Shown: piece after piece, positions 1 to 9,243 of the stretch | Layout of the letters: every line of letters begins with the position of its first letter | Numbering within the stretch: position 1 is the first letter of the stretch | Assembly: GCA_017303535.1 (NCBI GenBank) | Contig: JAFLCO010000002.1 | Span: forward strand, 1 to 59,254 | Direction of reading: 5' to 3' | DNA length: 59,254 bases | Source of the DNA: Planctomycetota bacterium | GTDB taxonomy: Bacteria; Planctomycetota; Planctomycetia; Pirellulales; PNKZ01 | The notes under the pieces: generated by a model | Databases searched by the model: none | Told to the model about the DNA's origin: nothing | The model's input: only the letters and a program-made list of their open reading frames with translations | Made by a program: the position numbers and the translations under genes

Positions 1-298
1 AGCGAATTCGGCAAGTGTGCGATCTACATTGCCCGTATCAAGCTTGGCGACACGCCCTGACGGATTGCTATGGAAGCGGTTAACTGGAATTACGTGACGC
101 GCCAATGAAAGCCCGCAGGCAGACGCACGCTCCCGACGTAAATTCCTCCGCGTCGGACGACCGGCTTGGGATGCCCGTCGCTGCTGCGTCTGCGAGCCGC
201 ATCACCCTCGGTCGGAGATAGACAAGCCGTTGACGGCTCGGGCAACGTAAGCACGCCTGAAAGCGACGCCCGCCACAAGAGCGTCGCTTGTCAAGAAT

Positions 299-349
299 CT
301 CCGCAGTCGCGCTTCATCGATCCGGATCGATTTAGCCCGACTGCGGGAG
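299..349 (-). terminator. Stem-loop just downstream of the 368..1096 gene; possible terminator or REP-like hairpin
   Basis: The outer arms CTCCGCAGTCG (299..309) and CGACTGCGGGAG (338..349) pair with one bulge. They enclose a perfect 16-bp palindrome ATCGATCCGGATCGAT (316..331). No clear U-tract follows on the minus strand. Confidence 0.35.
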
Positions 350-367
350 TTGTCATTAGGGTTTACC

Positions 368-1096
368 CTAGATAGCGTCTTGCTTCTCGTCGCGTTTGGC
401 GACTCCCTTTTGCTCGATCAGAATGCGATCTTTTTCGCCGTCGAGCAGATCACGGCGTTTTTCCGCCTCGGCGAAAACGCGATCGAGATATTCCTGCAAG
501 AGTTCGTTTTCGCCGGAAGAATCCTTGATGTTGAGTCCCTTGTAGGCCTCTTGGATTTCTACACACAAATCCATGAGCTTGCCGGACAACTGAATCGCCA
601 GATCGGCGTTCTTCGATGCCGCTTTGCGAACGAGCGTCAAGTAGTCATCGTTCGTCGCCTTGAGCCATTTCGCAATGGCGACGTCGACGTTCTTCGTCGA
701 CACCGTGGTCGACTTCAAGCTTGACCATTTGTTGAGAGCCTGCGTCGCGTTCCCCTTAACGTCGCTTTTGAGTTCGACCAAAATCGATTCGGCCTCTTTG
801 CCGATTTTCTTGAGCACGCCGTCGAGCTGTTCTTTACCTTCCTCAAGAGCCGAGGGCCAGTTCTTCGTCTGCTTGATGATTTCGCGGTAGGCCTTCGACG
901 TTTCGCCGGCGCGATACGCGGCCGCGTACTGATCGCAGCATGTCGAGCCGGTCTTGGTCTCCTTCAAATCTTTGGAAAGCCCTTGATCGAATTTCTCATA
1001 CACGGCGGCAAGGAACTTAGCCGCCTCTTTGTCCTTCTTGACGCTCGTTTCCACTTCGTCTTTGGCGCGCGACCAGTCTGCGGTGAAGTTCGGCAT
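368..1096 (-). CDS. Hypothetical Lys/Glu-rich, predicted all-helical protein (242 aa)
   Basis: ATG start at 1096 and a long uninterrupted ORF. There is no signal peptide or TM segment. Composition is rich in K/E/D/A with heptad-like stretches, and I recognise no family motif. Confidence 0.7.
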   Translation of the reverse strand: MPNFTADWSRAKDEVETSVKKDKEAAKFLAAVYEKFDQGLSKDLKETKTGSTCCDQYAAAYRAGETSKAYREIIKQTKNWPSALEEGKEQLDGVLKKIGKEAESILVELKSDVKGNATQALNKWSSLKSTTVSTKNVDVAIAKWLKATNDDYLTLVRKAASKNADLAIQLSGKLMDLCVEIQEAYKGLNIKDSSGENELLQEYLDRVFAEAEKRRDLLDGEKDRILIEQKGVAKRDEKQDAI

Positions 1097-1217
1097 GATT
1101 TTATCGTCGAAAATGAGGGGGCAGGATCAATCACAGTGAGACGGACGTCTTTGACGAACACGAGCCGCCGACCGTCGCCTTGCCGGCGTCTTCAGTCGTG
1201 GGCCGGCGCGCGGGGGG

Positions 1218-2525
1218 CTAACCCAGCGCATTCTCCACCAGCGGTACCAACTGTTCGTATACTTCCTGCTTCTTCTTGCTATCCTTCTTCAAGCCGTCGA
1301 CGTCGAGCGCCATCTTTTTCAGCGGCGTCCCGATCATCGGATTGTTCTGAAAGCGACCGCGAGTCAGACGGGCCGACGTCTTGAGAGCGCCCATGAGCGC
1401 GAAGAGCGAATTTTCGATTTTCACGATCGAATCGTCCGCCTTTTGGCGGAGGGCTCTCAACGCCTCCTTTTCCAGCGGTTGTTTCTTCAGCCCGGAGATG
1501 ATCTCTTTCGACTTCTCTCCGACGTCGTCAATCAACTCACGGGTCTTCGCGACGGAATTCGGGGAGGAGTTGTCGTAGAAAATATCAGCAAACTTCGCGA
1601 CCTCTTTGATCACGCCGTCTTCATCCTTTTCGCCGTTTTCGACCAGCGAAACGCTGATGGCGGCCTCGCCGATGATGCTCGAAGAAACCGTGTTCAGCTT
1701 CTCTCGCTGTTCGAGAAACTTGTTGGCCCGCGTTTCGAACGGATCGCCGGTTTCTTTGAAGAAGACCTTGTCGTTCTTGATCTTCTTGATGATGCCGCGC
1801 ACCTCTTTGATGACCTTCAGCGCGGCATAAGCCTTTTTGCCGAGCATGACGTCTTGCACCTTTTGCGCTTCGTCGCGAATTCGGACCAGCGGCTCCTTCA
1901 ATTCTTGGATCGGCGAGTCGCCTTTGCCCCCTAGGCGGTGATCGACTTCCTTGCCGAGCAGAGCGAGTTCCTTCTCCATCTCCTCGAGTTCTTTAAGCTC
2001 TCCGGCGTAGTGCTTATTCCAGTCGTCGATCAGGTTGTTAACCTCTTCGATCCGCTCCTTCGCCTTCACGGCGTTCTTGTCTTCGCTTAAGCCGTCCAGA
2101 ATCTCTTCAACCTCCTTGCGGGCCGTGTCGCAATGCTTCTTGACGTCGGCTCCGAGCTTGCGGCCGTCGCCTGCCATTTCCTCCAAGAAATCGCCGACGC
2201 CCTTCGGGATGAGCTTACTCTTGTGAAACTCCGCCGCCTTCGATTCGCAATGCTTGGCGAATTCGTCCATCGTTTTGACGAACGCGATGATGTTCTTCGC
2301 ATCGTCGAACATCGCTTTCGACGCCTTCTCGGCCTCTTCACGGGTGTCGACGTCGATGGCGCCACGAGCGTACAAAAAGGGCTTTAATTTCTTGAATGCC
2401 TGTTCGGCCTCGTTGATCTTCTCGCTGATGCCGGTTTTCTTTGCCGTGATGATCCCCTTCTTTTTCTGCCATACCCTTTCGTCGATATTCTTGGGGAAAG
2501 CCGGCCAGTAGCCGTCGAGACTCAT
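1218..2525 (-). CDS. Hypothetical Lys/Glu-rich, predicted all-helical/coiled-coil protein (435 aa)
   Basis: ATG start at 2525, a 435-codon ORF on the same strand as and upstream of 368..1096. No signal peptide, TM segment or recognisable catalytic motif. G+C is visibly lower than in neighbouring genes. Confidence 0.75.
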   Translation of the reverse strand: MSLDGYWPAFPKNIDERVWQKKKGIITAKKTGISEKINEAEQAFKKLKPFLYARGAIDVDTREEAEKASKAMFDDAKNIIAFVKTMDEFAKHCESKAAEFHKSKLIPKGVGDFLEEMAGDGRKLGADVKKHCDTARKEVEEILDGLSEDKNAVKAKERIEEVNNLIDDWNKHYAGELKELEEMEKELALLGKEVDHRLGGKGDSPIQELKEPLVRIRDEAQKVQDVMLGKKAYAALKVIKEVRGIIKKIKNDKVFFKETGDPFETRANKFLEQREKLNTVSSSIIGEAAISVSLVENGEKDEDGVIKEVAKFADIFYDNSSPNSVAKTRELIDDVGEKSKEIISGLKKQPLEKEALRALRQKADDSIVKIENSLFALMGALKTSARLTRGRFQNNPMIGTPLKKMALDVDGLKKDSKKKQEVYEQLVPLVENALG

Positions 2526-2758
2526 TGCGGGGGTTCCTCGGGCGAAAATTACGTCGCGGCACGAATCGAATGTCGAGTCGCTCCCTCTTCAGAAACCGAA
2601 ATTGCCGCGAACATCACGCGCTGATTGCGGAAGGAATCGCCGCCGCACGACAGATGCGCCAATTCGCTCGCGTAGGTGCGTTCGCCACGCCGACCGTCGC
2701 TATGGAAACGTGAGCGAAGCTTTATGGCAAAATGGGGCGACGACAAAGTCTGAGCCCG

Positions 2759-5700
2759 CTATCGAGCGGCCGCCTGCTTCGGCTCGTCGGCCTGCGTCAG
2801 CCAGCGCCGAGCCCAGCGAGAGTAATCGTCGGACTCCGTGCAGCCGCGCAGCCGGCGCTCCAACTCAAGAAAGCGATCGGGCGGAACCGATTCGGGACGT
2901 TCCGCATCGTCGGCGAAGCGTTGCCCGGCCACGGCTTCGAGCAGTTCCGGAAACCAAGACGGCGCCCCGGGATCAGGCGTCGTGAAGTGCCACAACTTGG
3001 CTTCCAAGCTGTCCGTCGCGACGAACGCGGCTTGGGCGTCGGTCGTAATCGAAGCCCGCATCGACGGCCCCTGAAACCCGGTACCGCCGATGAACATTTG
3101 CTCAAGATGCACCGAGAGCGGGTAGGAAGTTTCGACGTCCCAAATCCGCAGGCCGCGGAAGTCGAACGTAAAGAGCCGACGACCGTCGGCGCTAAACGTT
3201 ACATTCCGTACGCCCTGTGCATGAAACAGAGCGCGAGAATGGGGCAGGCCGGTCGCCGCATCCCAAATCATGGCCGTGCGATCGCGTGAGGCCGTCGCCA
3301 CGTAGCGGCCCGTCGGGTCGAACGCGACCTCCAGCACTTCGCCGCGGTGCGGCAACTCCGCCAGCACGCCGCCGGTCGCCGTATCCCAGATTCGTCCGCT
3401 GAAATCTTGCGAGGCCGTAGCGATCCGCTTGCCGTCCGGGCTGAATTTCACCGACATGATTTCGTTGCGATGCCCAATCAGTTCACGGACCGGCGCGCCG
3501 TCGGCCGAGCGCCAGATCCGCACGACGCGGTCTTCGCCGGCGCTCGCCAGCAGGCTGCCGTCGGGCGAATACGCGAGCGAGTTGATTTCCGACCCGTGGC
3601 GCATTTGGCGCAAGACACGCCCCGTTTCGGCGTCCCAGATTCGAACGAGGTGATCGGTCGAACCGGTTGCGAATTGCCGTTCATCAGGACCAAGCACGGC
3701 CGGTTGAATCGTCGTCGGGATCGTCTCGGGCGACGTCAACGGCGCTACTTCGGGGAGCGACCACATCGATACTTGTCCGCGCGACGACGTGACGATGAGC
3801 TTTCGATCGTCGCGGGTCAGCAGCAGTCCCCAGGCACCGCCGGCAATCTCAAGCGGCTGACAAATCGGACTCCCGGTCTCAAGTTCGTGGATGTGGACCT
3901 TGCCGTCGGTCGTGCCGTAAATGAGCCTGCGGTCGTCGTGAGTGAGTCTGCTGCCGTCATGACCGCGAGCGTCTCCCGCGCCAATAGTTCGATCGCGAGG
4001 ATTACGGCCGTCGTGAATGCGCCACAGGCAGGCCGCCCCCGTTTTGGACTGGTCGGTCCTCGACTTGAGATGCGACAACGTCGTCAAGCACATTTCCCCC
4101 GTCGTCGATCGGCCGAGTTCCGCGTGCACGACGCGGTTTTGATGTCGCATCGGCTCACAGTAGGCTTTGTCGGTCGAAAGGTCCCAAATCTGGGCCAGAG
4201 AGTCGTCGGCCCAAGAGAGCAGCCGGCGGCTGTCTTCCGTCAACGCCGCGCCGCGGACCAAGTAATAATGCGGCAGTTCGCCCGTGAATGGTTGCGCCGT
4301 TCGGGCATCCCACACTCGGGCCCATTGGTGTCGACCAATAACCGCGATGAGCGGACTCTTCGGACCAAACGACAAGTCGTCGAGCCGGCCGACGCTTCCT
4401 TCGAGCGCCTTCATGTTTTTGCCGGACGGAAAATCGCAAACATGCCCGACGCCTGACGCATCGATGACGGCGGCATACGACATATCATCGGCAACGTCGG
4501 CCTTGCTGATCGGGCCGAGATCGAGCCCTGCCGTTTCGTTGCCGGTCAGGACATTAAAAACGCCGATTCGTGATCGCTTGGCATCCAGTGTTGTGACAAA
4601 AAACGCATCGGCATCGTGGATAAAACGGGCGGCAAGCACCTTGCCGGAGAAACGTTTGGGGCCGACCAAGATACGTCCTTCGGCCCCGTCGACAATGCTC
4701 ACCGACTTCGATGTTTGTACGAGCAAATACTTGCCGTCGTCGCGAAATCTCAATCGTTCGACGGCTTCGTCTTGTCGCAGCGGAGCCCTCGCAGGTCGAC
4801 CTGCATCCGCATTCCAAAATCGTATCGAACGATCTTTTGAAACGGTCGCGATGGTTTCTCCGTTCGGGCTGAACTCGGCCCAGGTCACTTCGGCGTCGTG
4901 CTTCATCACCTCGCCCAAAGGTTCGGAGGTCGCCGCATCCCAGAGCCGTGCGGTACCGTCGAAAGAAGCCGTGACGATCCGGCGACCGTCGGGACTGAGG
5001 CGGGCTACCGATAGCTCCGCGCCGTCAGGATGCCGAATGACCGGCGCCGCGGGCAGCGGAAAGCGGCGTTGCTCCATGATCGAAATGGCCAAAGTCGCCG
5101 CCTTCCAATCACCGGGATCTCGTCGCAGGAGCGCGGCCAGCTTCGCCAGGGCCCTCGAGCTTTCGCCCTGAGCGAGCATCGTATCGATCGCGGCCCATTC
5201 CAAATTCGATACGTTTGCGGTCAACGCTTCGTTGGCCAGTTCCGCTCGTCCCCACTGCCAGAAGGCGACGACCGTGCCAACCACGATGGCCAGCGCCAAC
5301 GCCGCCGCCAGCGAAGCCGGCCCTTTGTTGCGCAGGCACCAACGCCAAACTTTTTCGACTCCGCCGACCGGTCGCGCAAGGATCGGCTCTCCGCGTCGAA
5401 ATCGATCTAACTCGTCCGCAACCGCCGCCGCCGAAGGGTACCGACGCTCCGGTGATTTCTCCAAGCAACGCATCGCGATCGTCTCAAGGTCGCGACTGAT
5501 CGCGGGATTAATCTGCCGCGGCGAAACAGGCGGACGCTCAACGGCCCAACGCATCGTCTCCCAAGCCGTCGCTCCTTGAAACGGCGGACGTCCGGTTAAG
5601 AGTTCGTAGAGAGTTGCTCCCAGGCCGTAAACGTCGGCCGAGGTCGTCACTTGTTCCGGCGAGCCGTCGACTTGCTCCGGAGCGAGATAGCCGGGAGTTC

Positions 5701-6436
5701 CCAGCACGGCGGCGGAAAGCGTCAGTCCGCCGGAGTCGTGCCCCGTAAGTTTCGCCAATCCAAAGTCCGTCAGATGCGATCGCCCTTGCTCGTCGAGCAA
5801 GATATTCGAAGGCTTCAGGTCGCGATGCAACACGCCGCGCTGATGCGCGTAGTCGAGCGCTCTTGCGACCCCGGCCACGAGTTCCGCAATGCAATCAAAC
5901 TGCTCTCGCCGCGATGAGGCGCCATCGTTGGGCGCCGGTCGAAAGGCGTCGATGCACTCGGCGAGACTGTGCCCTTCGATCAACTCCATGCTAAAGAAAT
6001 GCTGCGTCTCGACCTCGCCGACCTCGTAAATCTGCACGATTCCCGGATGCCGCAATCGGGCCGCCGCCTCGGCTTCCAGGCGAAAGCGCCTAACAGATTC
6101 CAAGCTGGCGAGCTGCCCGGCGAGGATCAACTTCACGGCGACCGTACGATTCAAACTGCGTTGGCGGGCTCGGTAGACGACTCCCATTCCGCCGCGCGCG
6201 ATCTCGGACAGGAGTTCGTAGTCGCCGAACTGAGACAATATCCCGCGGAAGGCCGGCTCCGTCGGGGCCGAAGCGAATTCGCCGGAGAACGTTCCGGAAT
6301 GCCGACCGGCGACAGTTAACCTGCTTTCGGCAGCCAAACCGAGCTTGAGCAAACAACAGGGGCAGCCGGAACTCACCGACTCGGGACGAATCGGTGAACC
6401 ACAAATCTTGCAGTGAGTATTGGACCCTGATGGCAT
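2759..6436 (-). CDS. Ser/Thr protein kinase with N-terminal Cys-rich ribbon, one TM helix and a long WD40 beta-propeller region (1225 aa)
   Basis: Hanks kinase motifs are present: HRDLKPSNILL, DFGLAK and GTPGYLAPEQ. The N-terminus carries CKICGS...CPCC. A TM segment reads ASLAAALALAIVVGTVVAFWQW. Many WD40-like repeats follow, for example ARLWDAAT, IRFWNADAG, VRIWDAETG, VRIWRSADG, GRIWDTATG, AMIWDAATG and LRIWDVETS. Confidence 0.95.
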   Translation of the reverse strand: MPSGSNTHCKICGSPIRPESVSSGCPCCLLKLGLAAESRLTVAGRHSGTFSGEFASAPTEPAFRGILSQFGDYELLSEIARGGMGVVYRARQRSLNRTVAVKLILAGQLASLESVRRFRLEAEAAARLRHPGIVQIYEVGEVETQHFFSMELIEGHSLAECIDAFRPAPNDGASSRREQFDCIAELVAGVARALDYAHQRGVLHRDLKPSNILLDEQGRSHLTDFGLAKLTGHDSGGLTLSAAVLGTPGYLAPEQVDGSPEQVTTSADVYGLGATLYELLTGRPPFQGATAWETMRWAVERPPVSPRQINPAISRDLETIAMRCLEKSPERRYPSAAAVADELDRFRRGEPILARPVGGVEKVWRWCLRNKGPASLAAALALAIVVGTVVAFWQWGRAELANEALTANVSNLEWAAIDTMLAQGESSRALAKLAALLRRDPGDWKAATLAISIMEQRRFPLPAAPVIRHPDGAELSVARLSPDGRRIVTASFDGTARLWDAATSEPLGEVMKHDAEVTWAEFSPNGETIATVSKDRSIRFWNADAGRPARAPLRQDEAVERLRFRDDGKYLLVQTSKSVSIVDGAEGRILVGPKRFSGKVLAARFIHDADAFFVTTLDAKRSRIGVFNVLTGNETAGLDLGPISKADVADDMSYAAVIDASGVGHVCDFPSGKNMKALEGSVGRLDDLSFGPKSPLIAVIGRHQWARVWDARTAQPFTGELPHYYLVRGAALTEDSRRLLSWADDSLAQIWDLSTDKAYCEPMRHQNRVVHAELGRSTTGEMCLTTLSHLKSRTDQSKTGAACLWRIHDGRNPRDRTIGAGDARGHDGSRLTHDDRRLIYGTTDGKVHIHELETGSPICQPLEIAGGAWGLLLTRDDRKLIVTSSRGQVSMWSLPEVAPLTSPETIPTTIQPAVLGPDERQFATGSTDHLVRIWDAETGRVLRQMRHGSEINSLAYSPDGSLLASAGEDRVVRIWRSADGAPVRELIGHRNEIMSVKFSPDGKRIATASQDFSGRIWDTATGGVLAELPHRGEVLEVAFDPTGRYVATASRDRTAMIWDAATGLPHSRALFHAQGVRNVTFSADGRRLFTFDFRGLRIWDVETSYPLSVHLEQMFIGGTGFQGPSMRASITTDAQAAFVATDSLEAKLWHFTTPDPGAPSWFPELLEAVAGQRFADDAERPESVPPDRFLELERRLRGCTESDDYSRWARRWLTQADEPKQAAAR

Positions 6437-6609
6437 CTTTCGGCGGGGTTCAATGGCCTTCGCGTTGTGGCATCGTCATGTGCACTGTCGTATACTGTGG
6501 TCGGTCGCTCCGGCAAGATGCGCGGCCCGCATTAACCCTACTAAACCGCTTCAGAAAGCTTTGTCACTCTACTTTGTCGGTTCCCGCATGCTTCGTGCTC
6601 GCTCGCATC

Positions 6610-7368
6610 ATGAATGACGCGGATCCCGTCCCGCAACCTCGAGCACGATTTGATACGACGCAGTGGAGCGTAATTCTGCGTGCGCGCGACGCTTCCGTCG
6701 ATGAGACTCGTGAAGCGGTGAGCCATTTGGCGCAGGCCTACTGGTATCCGCTGTACGTATTCTCCCGTCGGCAGGGGAATAACGAACACGACGCGATGGA
6801 TCTCACGCAGGGTTTCTTCGTGCATGTCCTGAACGGCCGAATTCTCGAAAACGTTTCCCCGGAAAAGGGGCGTTTTCGGTCGTTTCTCTTGGCGGCCTTT
6901 AGGAACTTCATGGCGAATCAACGCCGCGCGTCGGGCGCTGAGCGGCGCGGCGGCGGCACGACGATTTTATCGCTCGACGCCGAAGATGTCGCTTCGCGGT
7001 ATGCCCGCGAACCGTCGCACGACGAGACTCCCGAAGTCAGCTACCACCGAAACTGGGCGGAAGCATTGTTGGTGAATGTTCGTCGAAAACTGGCCGACGA
7101 CTATCACAAAGCCGGAAAGAGCGAACTTTTCGCTTTGTTGGAGCCGCATCTGACGGGGCAAGGCGACGCTGAGTCGCGCACCCGCATCGGCCGCAAATTT
7201 CAACTGAGCGTCGGGGCCGTGAACATGTCGATTCATCGCCTGCGCCGACGTTTCGGGGAACTTCTACGTCAAGAAGTGGCGGCAACCGTAGTCGACCCCG
7301 CCGATGTCGACGACGAACTCCTCTGGCTCATGAACGCCGTGGGCCGCGCCGCGAATCATCGCGCGTAG
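6610..7368 (+). CDS. ECF-type RNA polymerase sigma-70 factor (Planctomycetes/Verrucomicrobia type)
   Basis: I chose the ATG at 6610 (MNDADPVPQ...). The region 2-like segment is AQAYWYPLYVFSRRQGNNEHDAMDLTQGFF. The region 4 HTH-like segment is LSVGAVNMSIHRLRRRFGELL. The track ORF starting at 6394 would overlap the kinase start. Confidence 0.85.
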   Translation: MNDADPVPQPRARFDTTQWSVILRARDASVDETREAVSHLAQAYWYPLYVFSRRQGNNEHDAMDLTQGFFVHVLNGRILENVSPEKGRFRSFLLAAFRNFMANQRRASGAERRGGGTTILSLDAEDVASRYAREPSHDETPEVSYHRNWAEALLVNVRRKLADDYHKAGKSELFALLEPHLTGQGDAESRTRIGRKFQLSVGAVNMSIHRLRRRFGELLRQEVAATVVDPADVDDELLWLMNAVGRAANHRA

Positions 7369-7562
7369 CATTCTCGCCGACAGCCGCGCCGCCCTTGTGT
7401 ATGGCGCCATTCGCACGTGCGTTATCGCTCCCGCTACAGCGTCGTGCATGCACATCGACGGGCACTGATCGATTCAGAATTCTTGTGATGTTTTTCCACT
7501 CTCCGGTTTAGTAATGCCGTCGCCGCTACGGGCATAACCGAGAGTTGGAACGAATCTCAACG

Positions 7563-8297
7563 ATGATCGCTTTCAAAGACGCCAGACGAAACGCTCCGCA
7601 GCTTATCTCCCTGAGTGCCGAGCAGCGTCCTCAAGAGGCGTTGCATTTTGGGCCGTATCTGCCGCCGCAGGTCGCGGTCGGTGAAGTCGTCGACTGTGCG
7701 ATTCGCGGACAGGTCACCGTCGCCGGCGTCAGCCGCGGGCGAATTCCGTGGCCATTGGCGAAGTCACCCGGCGAAAGACGTTGTTCCCTCGTGGTTTTTG
7801 ACGACTTAGAAAAAGCCGTTCATCTGGAATCGGCCGCCGCCGTCAAGTACTGGTGGGGCGCTACCGAAAAGGTCGTTTCGGCCTGGCGCGCCGCGTTCGG
7901 CGTGCGATACAACTTCGGCGACTACCAGTTGCATAGCGCCCTTTCCCGCGCGAACTGGCCGAGAATTGCCGAGAAGCTGCACGCCGCCGCGCAGTTACCC
8001 GAGCGCGCCGCGAAGATCGCCGAGTCGCTCCGAGGTAAGAAACGTCCCAAGCGTGTTGTCGAAAAAGTTCGGCGCAGCAATCTGGGCAGAAAGCACACGC
8101 TTAAGGCGCGCGCCAACATGAGTGCCGCGCACCGGCGACGTGGAACCCGTCCGCCGTGGCTCAATGCGGCCTGGTCGGCCGAAGAAGACGACGTACTTCG
8201 GCAACATTCCGCGGCGGAGGCAATGCACATTCTCAATCGTTCCCGTGCGGCCGTCGCCTGCCGCCGTTCTCGCCTCGGCTTGTCGTCGAAACCATAA
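7563..8297 (+). CDS. Hypothetical protein with tandem NUMOD3-like motifs and a SANT/Myb-like C-terminus
   Basis: The ORF has an ATG at 7563, with an alternative TTG at 7545. LRGKKRPKRVVEKVRRSNLGRKHTLKARANMSAAHRRRG resembles two NUMOD3 DNA-binding repeats (G-K/R-x-H-x5-K-x-S). WSAEEDDVLRQH resembles a Myb/SANT helix. Confidence 0.65.
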   Translation: MIAFKDARRNAPQLISLSAEQRPQEALHFGPYLPPQVAVGEVVDCAIRGQVTVAGVSRGRIPWPLAKSPGERRCSLVVFDDLEKAVHLESAAAVKYWWGATEKVVSAWRAAFGVRYNFGDYQLHSALSRANWPRIAEKLHAAAQLPERAAKIAESLRGKKRPKRVVEKVRRSNLGRKHTLKARANMSAAHRRRGTRPPWLNAAWSAEEDDVLRQHSAAEAMHILNRSRAAVACRRSRLGLSSKP

Positions 8298-8333
8298 GCT
8301 CTAATTCACTAACGCCGCTTACTAGGGATTCGC

Positions 8334-8612
8334 ATGAGTGATCCAAGCCCTAACGAGGCCTTAGCGCGACGCTTCTTCGTGCTGCAATTGCAAGTTTCCG
8401 CGGCCGAGGGTCATGCCTGGGACAACGCCCTCGTCGCTTGCCTCTGCCGCGAAATCGGTCAGGCGCTCCAAACGGGCGACGACAAAGCCGCCGCGACGAA
8501 AATCGCGGAACTCGAACGCATCGTCGAAAAATTGAACACACCAGCCGCCGAGTCGAACACGACGATCTTAGACGGGGATCTCGTCAAGTCGCTGCTTAAT
8601 CGTGGACGTTGA
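8334..8612 (+). CDS. Small hypothetical protein (92 aa)
   Basis: An ATG ORF 37 nt after the preceding same-strand gene. No motif is recognised, and coding status rests only on ORF length and position. Confidence 0.4.
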   Translation: MSDPSPNEALARRFFVLQLQVSAAEGHAWDNALVACLCREIGQALQTGDDKAAATKIAELERIVEKLNTPAAESNTTILDGDLVKSLLNRGR

Positions 8613-8646
8613 AAGCCCTCGCAGGCGAGCATGGACGCGCCGCCGG

Positions 8647-9096
8647 CTAAAACGCCTTCTTGCTGTCGACCAGCATCGTCACCGGGCCGTCGTTCACGAG
8701 TTCGACGTGCATGTGTTCGCGGAACTTGCCCGTGGCCGTGGGGATGCCCATCGCCGCGGCTTTGGCGACAAACGACTCGTAGAGCGGCACGGCCTTCTCC
8801 GGCGGCGCGGCGTCGGTAAAGCTCGGACGTTTCCCTTTGCGACAATCGCCCCACAGCGTGAACTGGCTGACGACCAACAGCGCCCCGCCGACGTCGGCCA
8901 ATGCAAGGTTCATCTTCCCCGCGTCGTCTTCAAAGATTCGCAGGCCGACGATTTTCTCGACCAAGTAATCGACGTCGGCCGGGGTGTCGTCGTGCCCTAC
9001 GCCGAGCAACACCAAAAGCCCACGGTCGATCGCGCCGACGACGATGCCGTCGACCGTGACGGAGGCCCGAGAAACGCGTTGGACGACGGCTCGCAT
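8647..9096 (-). CDS. dtd: D-aminoacyl-tRNA deacylase
   Basis: The N-terminus [17 protein letters not shown] is canonical, [17 protein letters not shown] is present, and the length is 149 aa. The upstream extension to 9321 in the ORF track has no support. An alternative ATG lies at 9111. Confidence 0.9.
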   Translation of the reverse strand: MRAVVQRVSRASVTVDGIVVGAIDRGLLVLLGVGHDDTPADVDYLVEKIVGLRIFEDDAGKMNLALADVGGALLVVSQFTLWGDCRKGKRPSFTDAAPPEKAVPLYESFVAKAAAMGIPTATGKFREHMHVELVNDGPVTMLVDSKKAF

Positions 9097-9243
9097 AAGG
9101 TTTGTGAGCATAACGAAAACGACGGGCCGACGACAACTGCCGGCCGCTTGTGAACCTGCGGCACTCCGACGATACTGGTACGCCGTCGCGTTTCCGACAT
9201 TCACGTGTCCGACGTTCCTCTCTACTACCGGCCGCTCGCCTGC

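Noticed and set aside
1-60. Possible 3' end of a plus-strand gene (frame 1: SEFGKCAIYIARIKLGDTP*)
   Set aside because: Only 19 codons are visible, which is too little to support a call.
6394-6609. 5' extension of the ECF sigma ORF
   Set aside because: It would overlap the divergent kinase start and adds a Cys/Arg-rich non-homologous leader. The ATG at 6610 gives a normal sigma N-terminus.
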